Assembly (NCBI RefSeq): GCF_001481685.1
Contig: NZ_CP006867.1
Span: forward strand, 1,200,001-1,232,000
Length of the DNA: 32,000 nucleotides
DNA from: Ignicoccus islandicus DSM 13165
GTDB taxonomy: Archaea > Thermoproteota > Thermoprotei_A > Sulfolobales > Ignicoccaceae
Reading direction: 5' to 3'
The first letter of the stretch is position 1, and the number at the start of each line of letters is the position of its first letter. A program made the position numbers and the translations under genes. Under the pieces are notes generated by a model. The model was given only the letters and a program-made list of their open reading frames with translations. It did no database searches and was not told the origin of the DNA. Positions 8,878 to 17,326 of the stretch are shown piece by piece.

Positions 8878-10746
8878 ATGCCGAAGATACAAATTCAAAA
8901 AACGGAAGTACCCCTCCAAATAGAAAAGCCTCCTTCTAGGGACTTAGTTGAGAGGATGTGGGACGAAGCTGAAGAAGTAAGGTACATGTTATTGGACTCT
9001 AGAACAATAGAGGAAGCTAGAGGGGCGTTGTATAAATGGCTTTTCGATATGGAATTGAAATACCTAAGAGGAGACATGGACGTTCATCCGCTAATCCAAG
9101 CCCAAGCTTTGGAAGCAATAAAAGTTTTCAAACAAGTGATAGCGCCTCAGAACGAGGAACTAACTGGTTACTCTGCCCTCAAGTACCTTTACAAGTTAGC
9201 AAGATATGAAGGTCTTAACGAAGTAGATGAGGGATTCGTCCTAGAGTTCTTACATTTGTTTAAGGCAATATACGGAAGGCCTGACATATATCCGGCGAAG
9301 TATGCCGAAGGCCTAGGTTACTTCGATTTCTCCAAGATTAAGGGAAGGGAGGCCGGAATAGCTAGGAGCAATTATTTGGACAAACTGGCTACGAGGGTCT
9401 GGGAGTACATAAAGAGGTATCCCTCAGGCCTCGAACCAGAAATAATTGAAAAGAGAAAAGAGAATAGAAGGAAAATATTAGAAGTGCTAGGTGGAAAGGA
9501 GGATGATTGGTGGGATTACAAATGGCACTTTAGGAACGCTCTGAGGGGTAAGAGGGCTATAGACGTACTTAAAAAGCTATTGAAGGGACTAAGCGAAGAC
9601 GACTGGAAGGCCCTAGAGGAAGCAGTTAAATATAACGTGCCCTTTGGCATAACTCCATACTACTTGCACCTGTTCGACTTCGAAGAAGGATGGAAGAGAG
9701 ATTACGCAGTTAGGAGACAAGTGCTTCCACCGCTTCATTACGTAAAGGAGATGGTAAGTCACTTAGACGAAAGGGAATATTACTTCGACTTCATGGGTGA
9801 ACACGATACTAGCCCTCACCCGCTAATAACTCGAAGGTATCCAATGGTAGCAATACTTAAGGCCGCCCACACTTGCCCACAGATTTGCGTTTATTGTCAA
9901 AGGAACTGGGAAATAATGACTGCAATGGATAAAAGCGCTATACCGACTCGAATGACCATAGACGAGGCCATAGATTGGTTTGCCGAGCACCCCAACATTA
10001 TAGACGTCCTCGTTACGGGCGGAGATCCATTCATACTAAGAGATGAGGACATAGAGCACATCGTAAAGAGGTTAAGTGAGTTAGATCACGTGAAGATGAT
10101 AAGGTTCGGTACAAGAACACCAGTTACCGTTCCCATGAGGATTACGCCTGAACTAGCGGAAATGCTAGGTTCGTACATAGAGCCAGGCAAGAGGAACGTT
10201 CACGTAGTTACTCACTTCGAACACGCTTACGAAGTTACGCCGGAAGTGGCGCAAGCCGTATCCAACCTAAGGAAGAACAAGATATACGTGTACAACCAAC
10301 AAGTCTACACCTTCTGGAATAGTAGGAGGTTCGAGACCTCGGCGCTGAGAATAGCTTTGAAGAGCGTGGGTATAGATCCTTACTACACGTTCTATCCTAA
10401 AGGTAAATGGGAGACGAAAGACTATCTAGTCCCGGTCGCTAGGATAGAGCAAGAGAGGAAGGAAGAGGCTAGGGTACTACCCGGAACGTTTAGGACTGAG
10501 GAACCCGTCTTTAACGTTCCAAGACTAGGTAAGAACCATCTAAGGGCATGGCAAGACCATCAAATAATAATGATAAGGCCCGATGGTAGGAGGGTCTACC
10601 TATGGCATCCATGGGAAAAGAACATACAGCTAGTGGCTCCCTATATATACACAGACATGATCTCAATTAGAATGTACCTAGATAAACTAAAGGAAGTGTT
10701 CAACGAAGACTTAGAGGACTATAAGAGCATATGGTATTACTACTAA
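8878..10746 (+). CDS. KamA-family radical SAM protein (lysine 2,3-aminomutase-like), long form with an N-terminal extension of about 200 aa
   Basis: Radical SAM triad CPQICVYCQRNW. KamA N-domain pattern DDWWDYKWHFRN..ITPYYLHLF. Also VLVTGGDPF, IDPYYTFY, and a PRLGKNH Lys at the position of the PLP lysine. ATG start preceded by an AT-rich promoter-like stretch. Confidence 0.85.
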   Translation: MPKIQIQKTEVPLQIEKPPSRDLVERMWDEAEEVRYMLLDSRTIEEARGALYKWLFDMELKYLRGDMDVHPLIQAQALEAIKVFKQVIAPQNEELTGYSALKYLYKLARYEGLNEVDEGFVLEFLHLFKAIYGRPDIYPAKYAEGLGYFDFSKIKGREAGIARSNYLDKLATRVWEYIKRYPSGLEPEIIEKRKENRRKILEVLGGKEDDWWDYKWHFRNALRGKRAIDVLKKLLKGLSEDDWKALEEAVKYNVPFGITPYYLHLFDFEEGWKRDYAVRRQVLPPLHYVKEMVSHLDEREYYFDFMGEHDTSPHPLITRRYPMVAILKAAHTCPQICVYCQRNWEIMTAMDKSAIPTRMTIDEAIDWFAEHPNIIDVLVTGGDPFILRDEDIEHIVKRLSELDHVKMIRFGTRTPVTVPMRITPELAEMLGSYIEPGKRNVHVVTHFEHAYEVTPEVAQAVSNLRKNKIYVYNQQVYTFWNSRRFETSALRIALKSVGIDPYYTFYPKGKWETKDYLVPVARIEQERKEEARVLPGTFRTEEPVFNVPRLGKNHLRAWQDHQIIMIRPDGRRVYLWHPWEKNIQLVAPYIYTDMISIRMYLDKLKEVFNEDLEDYKSIWYYY

Positions 10747-10750
10747 CCGG

Positions 10751-11323
10751 ATGACAATGAAACTGTATTTCCTACCAATAGGCTCCTACGAGCCGCATCC
10801 AACACTTCCCTATGATATAGATACAAGGATTGCTAGGGCCTTTGCCGAAATATTAGCTAAAGAGGTTGGAGGTACGGTTCTACCTCCCCTAAGCTATTCC
10901 TCAAGTTGGGAATGGGAGGGAAGTATTAGCTTAAGGATTGAAACCATTTCTTTATTACTGAGAGATTTAAATTCCTCAATAATTAGAATAGGTGGAAGAT
11001 TAATAGTGATCAATGCACACGGAGGTAACGTTGGACTATTAGATGCAATAGCCCGACAAGAGGGTTTCTACGTAATCCATTTCTATAAAGCATGCGGAAT
11101 AAAGCCCGGTCACTCGGGTGAAGTAGAATGCAACGTCGCGAAGGCTCTTGGCCTAATAGATAGGACGTGCAGTAAAGGATCCAAATGGCCCCGAGAAGCG
11201 ATCGTGAAGCCGCGAATAGAACTAGGAAGCTACGATGAGGAGGAATTAGAGTTTCACGAGGTGTTAAGCAAGATTCAAAGGTGTGCTTTCAAACTCGCTA
11301 ATGAGATCTCCAAGCTTTCCTAA
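10751..11323 (+). CDS. Creatininase-fold amidohydrolase (creatinine amidohydrolase / ArfB-like family), short form
   Basis: Metal-site motifs in family order: LPIGSYEPHPTLPYDIDT, INAHGGNVG and GHSGEVECN. Only 190 aa. The start lies 4 nt after the KamA-like stop. Confidence 0.68.
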   Translation: MTMKLYFLPIGSYEPHPTLPYDIDTRIARAFAEILAKEVGGTVLPPLSYSSSWEWEGSISLRIETISLLLRDLNSSIIRIGGRLIVINAHGGNVGLLDAIARQEGFYVIHFYKACGIKPGHSGEVECNVAKALGLIDRTCSKGSKWPREAIVKPRIELGSYDEEELEFHEVLSKIQRCAFKLANEISKLS

Positions 11324-11356
11324 CGCCAAACAATTAAGGATCCTTGAGTTACATTA

Positions 11357-12550
11357 ATGGGTCCGTCGAGTTTGATACCAGTCACAACGATGGTCGTAGG
11401 TAAAGGTACTGTTTCTACCAAGATAAAGGGGGAATACCATAGGAAGAAGCCATCTCGTTTCACTGAATACTTCAGACCACTAGTATTTTGGAATATTACC
11501 TACCAATGCAATCTCAAGTGTCTTCATTGCTATATAAGAGCGAAGGCCCAGAGGGATCCAAATGAACTAACTACGGAAGAGGCCGTTAAATTAGCTCGTG
11601 AAATGGTAGATATGAGGATACCCTTAGTTATCCTTTCAGGTGGCGAACCCCTCATCAGGAAGGACTTCTGGGAAATAGTAGAACCAATGGCAAAAGCACA
11701 GTTCCCTAAACTTTCCTTAAGTACGAATGGAACCCTAATAACTAAGGACGTAGCTCAGAAACTCAAAGATTACGATTTCAGTTACGTGGGAATTTCCATA
11801 GATTCAATAGTACCTCAATACCACGATAAGTTTAGAGGAGTTCCCGGTGCTTTCGAGGCGACTCTTAGGGGAATAAAGAACAGCATTGAAGTTGGCCTAG
11901 ACGTTGGCATCAGGACAACCATTACGAAATATAACGTAAATGAAGTTCCAGATATAGTTAAGTGGAGCGCAGATCAAGGCATAAAGAGAGTCTCGTTCTA
12001 CTTACTAGATACTATAGGAAGGGGAGAAGAGATAAAGGATTGGTTACCAACGCCCGAACAGTTGAGATGGATGGCTGATAAATTAATTGAGCTTGCAAGG
12101 GAGTACGCCGACCAACTAGAAATATTGGTCGTTCGAGGTAACTTCATGGGTATATACATCGCGAGTAAGCTAGCCAAGAACGAGGAGGAATTCAAGGAAT
12201 ACTTGAACATGCTACAAGCACAAGGAGATTGCGGGAGGAAAAGCATTAGCATCTATCCGAACGGGGACGTCAAACCTTGTCAGTTCATCGATTGGACAAC
12301 GTTAGGAAACGTGAGGAATCAGAGCTTGAGAGAAATTCTTAGGAAGGACAACCCCGAACTCCAACCCTTCCTAAATATAGCCCAGTACTTAAAGGGTAAA
12401 TGCGGCAAATGCCCGTTCAAGGAGATATGCGGCGGAGGTAGTAGAGGTAGAGCATGGGCGATTACTGGAGATCCTTGGGGCGAAGATCCTCTATGCTTTA
12501 TAGAACCGGAGGAACTCTTGAAGATAACAACTTACGGAACAGCCTCCTAA
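11357..12550 (+). CDS. Radical SAM / SPASM-domain protein (AhbC/AhbD-NirJ or Cmo-like)
   Basis: WNITYQCNLKCLHCY (CxxxCxxC), SGGEPLIRKD, and a C-terminal Cys-rich SPASM-like region GDVKPCQF...GKCGKCPFKEICGGGSRGRA. Confidence 0.85.
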   Translation: MGPSSLIPVTTMVVGKGTVSTKIKGEYHRKKPSRFTEYFRPLVFWNITYQCNLKCLHCYIRAKAQRDPNELTTEEAVKLAREMVDMRIPLVILSGGEPLIRKDFWEIVEPMAKAQFPKLSLSTNGTLITKDVAQKLKDYDFSYVGISIDSIVPQYHDKFRGVPGAFEATLRGIKNSIEVGLDVGIRTTITKYNVNEVPDIVKWSADQGIKRVSFYLLDTIGRGEEIKDWLPTPEQLRWMADKLIELAREYADQLEILVVRGNFMGIYIASKLAKNEEEFKEYLNMLQAQGDCGRKSISIYPNGDVKPCQFIDWTTLGNVRNQSLREILRKDNPELQPFLNIAQYLKGKCGKCPFKEICGGGSRGRAWAITGDPWGEDPLCFIEPEELLKITTYGTAS

Positions 12551-12552
12551 GG

Positions 12553-13431
12553 TTAATATCTAAAAGATTTCTCTTTTAACGAGTCCAAAAGCTCCTCCAT
12601 GTAAAGTGGCAGTTCCAAAGGTGCCATAAGGAGCTTCGACGTTTCCGTGGTAGTTATTGCAATTCTCATTAATTCAATTGCGTCCCTCATCTGGAGGGGG
12701 AGACATATTAATCTTTCGTCTTCCTCCATGTATTTAGTATCCTTCAAGATCGCAATCCTCATACCCTTTCTAAGGATCTCTTTAATTACATCGCTCTTAC
12801 TCGATTCCATTGAATGAAAGATCCATAACCCAGATGGAGTTACGCCAACGCCGCAGTTCCACATAACGTCAATGACCTTTGCGTTAATAGATTGATTTGG
12901 GTTGGCATCAATAGTTACTGGTTCAATGCCTAGCGATCTAAGGAGAGAACCGTATCTCTCGATTAACCTTTGCTTTAAGTCTCTCTTTCTGGAACTCTTT
13001 TGCTTCATGCTTCTTACGTCCGCCGAGCTCATTGGATGGTATATCAGAACTCTCTCCGTATTACTAATGAGAATTTCATATATTTTTAATACGTCCTTAA
13101 GGTCGTTAGGTCTCAGGTAAGCGTCACACGCAAACGCAAGTTTGTTCGGTGTGGAGGATAAGCTAACTAATCTCCCTTCGAAGTACGCTTTGAGGAGTAC
13201 GTCCTCCTCCGTCCCCAGAGCCCTTGCTAAAGCCCTTATCCACCTAAACTTGACCTTCTTTGATTGAGACGTAAGCTCGGTTCTAGGAACTCTCGCTATT
13301 TCTATTGCTTTCTTAATTTTGTTTCCTCTGGAGTCCTCGTATACCCCGAAAGTAATTGCCAGCCCATTGTAAGGATTAATGGCAGTCCACTTCTTAACGA
13401 GCTTGAGGTTTAGTCTTCCCTCGCTCCTCAC
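12553..13431 (-). CDS. Hypothetical protein (ORFan to my recognition)
   Basis: An uninterrupted 292-aa ORF with K/E/I/L-rich composition like its neighbours. It is convergent with the radical SAM gene, leaving a 2-nt gap. I see no motif I can name. Confidence 0.55.
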   Translation of the reverse strand: MRSEGRLNLKLVKKWTAINPYNGLAITFGVYEDSRGNKIKKAIEIARVPRTELTSQSKKVKFRWIRALARALGTEEDVLLKAYFEGRLVSLSSTPNKLAFACDAYLRPNDLKDVLKIYEILISNTERVLIYHPMSSADVRSMKQKSSRKRDLKQRLIERYGSLLRSLGIEPVTIDANPNQSINAKVIDVMWNCGVGVTPSGLWIFHSMESSKSDVIKEILRKGMRIAILKDTKYMEEDERLICLPLQMRDAIELMRIAITTTETSKLLMAPLELPLYMEELLDSLKEKSFRY

Positions 13432-13524
13432 TTTACCTCCGGAAGAAGGATGCGAGTAAGAGTTAAGTAAGGATTGGCTACGAATATAGTTTAGCTAAAG
13501 TAAATAGAAAAAAACTCAAGAAAA

Positions 13525-13752
13525 TTATTCGGTTTCTAAAAACGATTCGTAGTTTTCCATAAAGAAGTACGTATCGTCCGTTAGACTTCTTTCAAATCTG
13601 CTTGCAACTCTTTTCAATTGACTCTCACTTACATCGTGTTCTATTATCAAGTCGCTTACTTGCGGTTCTACGATGAAGTCTTCTAGGGCTATCAGTAGTT
13701 GTTCCTTGGTTCTACTCCCCTTGTGCACAGATTTGCCCCGATGGAGACACAT
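13525..13752 (-). CDS. Small acidic hypothetical protein
   Basis: 75-aa ORF starting 13 nt downstream of the NTPase gene on the same strand. No recognised family. Confidence 0.35.
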   Translation of the reverse strand: MCLHRGKSVHKGSRTKEQLLIALEDFIVEPQVSDLIIEHDVSESQLKRVASRFERSLTDDTYFFMENYESFLETE

Positions 13753-13765
13753 TCATTACCAAATA

Positions 13766-14323
13766 TTAATCACGGCTTAACGTTTCAGTAGGCGAACGGG
13801 GCCGTTCGCTTGAATTTTCGAATACCAGTTCGTTAACTAAAGACATGGGGTCAACTTGTACCCATTTCTCCTTGAATATTTCCTTACATTCTCTTAATAT
13901 ATTCAATATCTCTTCGTCCCTTAACTTCAAATGCCTAACCACAATGAAGGGTTTTCCGGACTTCAAGGCGTTCAAGAAAATCTCCCTAATTCCGGGAAGC
14001 TTAAGCTCCATAGGGCCTATTTCATCTATTGCAATTACTTGGCAATCGCTCTTAAAGGCATTGGAAATGAGTTCAGCTGCCTCCCGGCACACTCTATACC
14101 TACCTACTCGAGGGCCATCGCAACCATCTACCTTAGCCAGCCACGATTCCTTATTGGTAGAAATATCGATTACTTTGAAACCTATCCTCTTATTGTTCAC
14201 TCTAACTTCGGGGCATACTATTCCGCAGACCTTTACTCCCTTCGACCTTAGGATGTCAATTACTTCCTTTATTAATGTACTCTTTCCGGAACCAGGTTCG
14301 CCTGTTATTGAAACGCAATCCAA
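13766..14323 (-). CDS. THEP1-type nucleoside-triphosphatase (NTPase, MJ1559/aq_1292 family)
   Basis: Walker A ITGEPGSGKSTL, Walker B-like VIAIDEIGPMEL, and a size of about 185 aa, typical of the family. Confidence 0.78.
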   Translation of the reverse strand: MDCVSITGEPGSGKSTLIKEVIDILRSKGVKVCGIVCPEVRVNNKRIGFKVIDISTNKESWLAKVDGCDGPRVGRYRVCREAAELISNAFKSDCQVIAIDEIGPMELKLPGIREIFLNALKSGKPFIVVRHLKLRDEEILNILRECKEIFKEKWVQVDPMSLVNELVFENSSERPRSPTETLSRD

Positions 14324-15319
14324 TCATATGCCCCCAACTGCTTCTCGGAACGCCTCTATTAGTCTCCAATCAGCCACCTTTCCCCTCGGTACGTAAGGGG
14401 GCCTTTTCCATCCTCCCCTAACTAACTTCGGTAGCGCATCTATTCCAGCTTCAACTAAACCAGTAGAAGTGAATATCCTTACCTCATCGGCCCTCCCAGT
14501 CTCTGCTATGCTCTCTATAACCGCTTTCACGTGCTTGATGGCTTTTATTGCGTATTCTTCCATAGCCATTTCCGAATCTTCCTTTCTTAATACATGATAC
14601 CTTTCCTCGTGCTTTAGGTTCTTAGGACAAGTGTCGGTACAGTAACCGCAGTTAGCGCACTTCCATATATCTATCTCGTTTAAAACTATTCGTTTTCCGT
14701 CTAGCGCATCTCTAGGATCGTGAGAAAACCTGAATACCTTGAGCAGCGCGTGAGGTCCAACGAACTGAGAATCAACGTAACTTACCGGACAGACCGAATA
14801 GCATATTCCGCACCATATGCATTGCGCAGAGCTCCATAGAACCTTTTGTATTGAAGGAGATATGGGTGTCCACTTGTCGCTCTTTAACGCTTCCTCCTTA
14901 GGCACAAGGTACGGTCTGACTTTCACCATTCTCTTTTCGAATTCCCTTCTATCGGTGATCAAGTCCCTTATAACTTCCATGTTATCTAGGGGCTCTACAA
15001 CTATTGTGCCTTTACCTTCTTCAGCAGCTTCTAGGGCATTGGTCATGCAAGCTAACTTCGGTTGACCGTTTATCTTAACTGCGCAGTTACCGCAAACTCC
15101 CATTTTACAAAGGGGCCTGTAAGCCAATGTAGGGTCGATTTCCTCCCTAACCCTTTGAAGGGCCACAGCTACGGAAGTGTACTTGTCGACATCTATTTCG
15201 TACTCTTGCCACCAAGAGCCTCTCTTGGGATCCCTTCTAGCTACCTTTAGTTTTACCTTAGGCAAAGAGCCAAACCCGTGAATTATTGGCTCGCTTCTCC
15301 TTTTTTGACTTCCGAGCAC
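14324..15319 (-). CDS. Succinate dehydrogenase/fumarate reductase iron-sulfur subunit-like protein (SdhB/FrdB-like) with a C-terminal extension
   Basis: 2Fe-2S region YRPLCKMGVCGNCAVKINGQPKLAC. Two ferredoxin motifs, CIWCGICYSVCP and CANCGYCTDTCP. About 90 further residues have no Cys motif. No flavoprotein subunit gene is adjacent. Confidence 0.8.
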   Translation of the reverse strand: MLGSQKRRSEPIIHGFGSLPKVKLKVARRDPKRGSWWQEYEIDVDKYTSVAVALQRVREEIDPTLAYRPLCKMGVCGNCAVKINGQPKLACMTNALEAAEEGKGTIVVEPLDNMEVIRDLITDRREFEKRMVKVRPYLVPKEEALKSDKWTPISPSIQKVLWSSAQCIWCGICYSVCPVSYVDSQFVGPHALLKVFRFSHDPRDALDGKRIVLNEIDIWKCANCGYCTDTCPKNLKHEERYHVLRKEDSEMAMEEYAIKAIKHVKAVIESIAETGRADEVRIFTSTGLVEAGIDALPKLVRGGWKRPPYVPRGKVADWRLIEAFREAVGGI

Positions 15320-15361
15320 GTCTTAAAGCGGAGAGATACATCTCAGCTTCGGAGGTAAAGC

Positions 15362-15646
15362 TTGGACGTTTTAGATGAGCTATGGAACGTGATAAAGGAC
15401 AGAATGGCGAACCCTAAGGAAGGCTCGTATACGTCTAAATTGATCTCCAAGGGGAAGCCCTACGTCGCAAGGAAGGTTGGTGAAGAGGCTGTTGAAGTAA
15501 TAGTTGCTGCTCTCTATGAAGGCAAGGATTCGCTAATATACGAAGCTGCCGACTTACTCTATCATCTAATGGTTTTGCTCGCGGTAAGTGGAGTTGAATG
15601 GAAGGAAGTATTAAGGGAGTTAGAAATTAGAAGGGGGAAGAAGTAG
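15362..15646 (+). CDS. hisE: Phosphoribosyl-ATP pyrophosphatase
   Basis: GSYTSKLISKG..KVGEEAVEVIVAA...EAADLLYHLMVLL is the canonical HisE pattern. TTG start. Confidence 0.85.
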   Translation: MDVLDELWNVIKDRMANPKEGSYTSKLISKGKPYVARKVGEEAVEVIVAALYEGKDSLIYEAADLLYHLMVLLAVSGVEWKEVLRELEIRRGKK

Positions 15647-16236
15647 TGCTTGCCGCAATAGTTGACTATGGTATAGGCAACACGTTCAGTATAAGGAACA
15701 CTCTCGAGAAAATAGGTATTAGAAGCGTTCTTACGAAGGATTCGGAAACGATTAAGAGGGCGGACTTGGTCGTCTTGCCTGGCGTTGGATCACACAAGGC
15801 TGCAATGAGTAACATAGAGCGGTACGGTCTCTTGAAGTACCTCACGGAACCACGTAACTGGATTCTCGGAATATGTTTAGGCCTCCAGTTGTTATTTGAG
15901 AGAAGTGAGGAAGGCGGTTTAAGGGGACTAGGTCTCGTTAAGGGCGAAGTAATTAGGTTCAGGAACGTTAGAAAGGTACCCCATATGGGGTGGAACGAAG
16001 TCGAAGTAAAGGGAGGCGAGTTTTCCGAATTAAACGGTAGGAACTTCTACTTCGCCCATAGCTATTACGTACCGAGCCCCAATCCCTACGAAGTCGGCGT
16101 AACCGAATACTCGGGTACGCGGTTCGTATCAATATTAGTCAAAGGCAATGTTATAGGTACTCAATTTCACCCGGAGAAGAGCTCGAGGAACGGCAAGGCG
16201 TTCTTAACTATTTTAAGAGATATTATAAGACGTTAG
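15646..16236 (+). CDS. hisH: Imidazole glycerol phosphate synthase, glutamine amidotransferase subunit
   Basis: LPGVGS, nucleophile elbow GICLGLQLLFE, HMGWN, and GTQFHPEKS. The GTG start overlaps the hisE stop by 1 nt. Confidence 0.9.
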   Translation: MLAAIVDYGIGNTFSIRNTLEKIGIRSVLTKDSETIKRADLVVLPGVGSHKAAMSNIERYGLLKYLTEPRNWILGICLGLQLLFERSEEGGLRGLGLVKGEVIRFRNVRKVPHMGWNEVEVKGGEFSELNGRNFYFAHSYYVPSPNPYEVGVTEYSGTRFVSILVKGNVIGTQFHPEKSSRNGKAFLTILRDIIRR

Positions 16237-16327
16237 ATCAATTTCCTCTAAAATAGATCTCGCGCTTCGACATTCAAAGCTTCAACTTTTGTTCAACCGA
16301 TTACAGTCTTTACACGGCGTGAAAAAC

Positions 16328-16699
16328 ATGAAGAAGTTCGGTGACTTAATATACACTCCCGAACAAGCTCCCCAAGAAGTAATTAGTAAGGCAGAAACGC
16401 ACACTCCGAAGATAGAGGCCCCTGATACCGTTAAGGCGGGCGAGCCGTTCGAGGTGAAGGTCTCAGTAGGTCCTCACGTCATGGAACCACAGCACTACAT
16501 CGGATGGATAGAATTATACTACTATGAGGAGGGCCGCCAATACAACCCGATCTTCGTAGGTAAAGCGGAATTCAGTACTTACACTGAACCAAAGGCCACC
16601 TTCACGTTAAAGGTCCAAAAGAGCGGCGTGCTTTACGCAATTTCATACTGCAACCTACATGGTCTATGGGAAAACAGGAAGGAAATAAAGGTCGAGTAA
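16328..16699 (+). CDS. sor: Superoxide reductase (neelaredoxin / 1Fe-SOR type)
   Basis: ETHTPKIEAP, VGPHVMEPQHYIGWIELY and the C-terminal ligand motif CNLHGLWE. I chose the internal ATG (MKKFGDLIY), not the TTG at 16289, because it gives the usual SOR N-terminus. Confidence 0.85.
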   Translation: MKKFGDLIYTPEQAPQEVISKAETHTPKIEAPDTVKAGEPFEVKVSVGPHVMEPQHYIGWIELYYYEEGRQYNPIFVGKAEFSTYTEPKATFTLKVQKSGVLYAISYCNLHGLWENRKEIKVE

Positions 16700-16710
16700 C
16701 GTCCTAGAAT

Positions 16711-16733
16711 CTTCGTTTTTAGAACCCTTTTTC
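16711..16733 (+). terminator. Oligo-T tracts downstream of sor (putative archaeal intrinsic terminator)
   Basis: cttcgTTTTTagaacccTTTTTcc lies within 35 nt of the sor stop. Archaeal RNAP terminates at T-runs. Confidence 0.3.
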
Positions 16734-16753
16734 CGTATACACGTAGGGTTCAT

Positions 16754-17326
16754 GTGATGAGAATTCTAATTGGCGGTTTAAACGGAACTGGCAAGAGTTC
16801 CGTTTGTAAGGCGCTCGAGTCTAAATACGGCATCAAATGTGCCCACGTGCCCCCTCTGTGTTACGTGAAGGACGTCTTTACTCCCCTTTCGTTCGAAATA
16901 TACTCTCTTCAGCGAATAAGTAGTTACGTGTACTTGGGAGAAGCAATAGACGAGTCTCCTCTAACTATAGCCCTTTACTTGAAGGCACTTCCTTTCTATG
17001 CTTCCGAAATTAGTACTCACGAACACTTGTACGACGAAATGGTTAGTGGTATAATCCAGTTCTCGAAAGAATTGAGGAGAGAGGGAGCGAAATTCGTCTG
17101 GCTTACCGCACCCATCCACGTAATACTTTCTAGGTTAAGGAAAAGCGAGGAATGTCCGCCTAGAGGACTCTGGAACTCGGACCCCATTGAATTAGGCGCT
17201 TTAAGTTCGATTGAAAGGAACTTCTTGGAGGTAATTGACGACCTTATAGACTTGGTAATAGATACGGGCAAGAGAACTCCTGAAGAAGTTGCCGATGAGG
17301 TGATGAAAGTTGTTGATAAGGATTGA
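16754..17326 (+). CDS. P-loop NTPase / nucleotide kinase-like protein
   Basis: Walker A IGGLNGTGKSSV within an ORF of about 190 aa. It sits directly upstream of, and overlaps, a UPF0201 gene. That is the position taken by UPF0200 kinase-like genes in other archaea, as I recall. Confidence 0.55.
   Translation: MMRILIGGLNGTGKSSVCKALESKYGIKCAHVPPLCYVKDVFTPLSFEIYSLQRISSYVYLGEAIDESPLTIALYLKALPFYASEISTHEHLYDEMVSGIIQFSKELRREGAKFVWLTAPIHVILSRLRKSEECPPRGLWNSDPIELGALSSIERNFLEVIDDLIDLVIDTGKRTPEEVADEVMKVVDKD

Noticed and set aside
13845-14396. 183-aa and 106-aa plus-strand ORFs
   Set aside because: They are antisense to the THEP1 NTPase gene, which has clear Walker motifs. Their sequences are low-complexity and Ser/Leu-rich.
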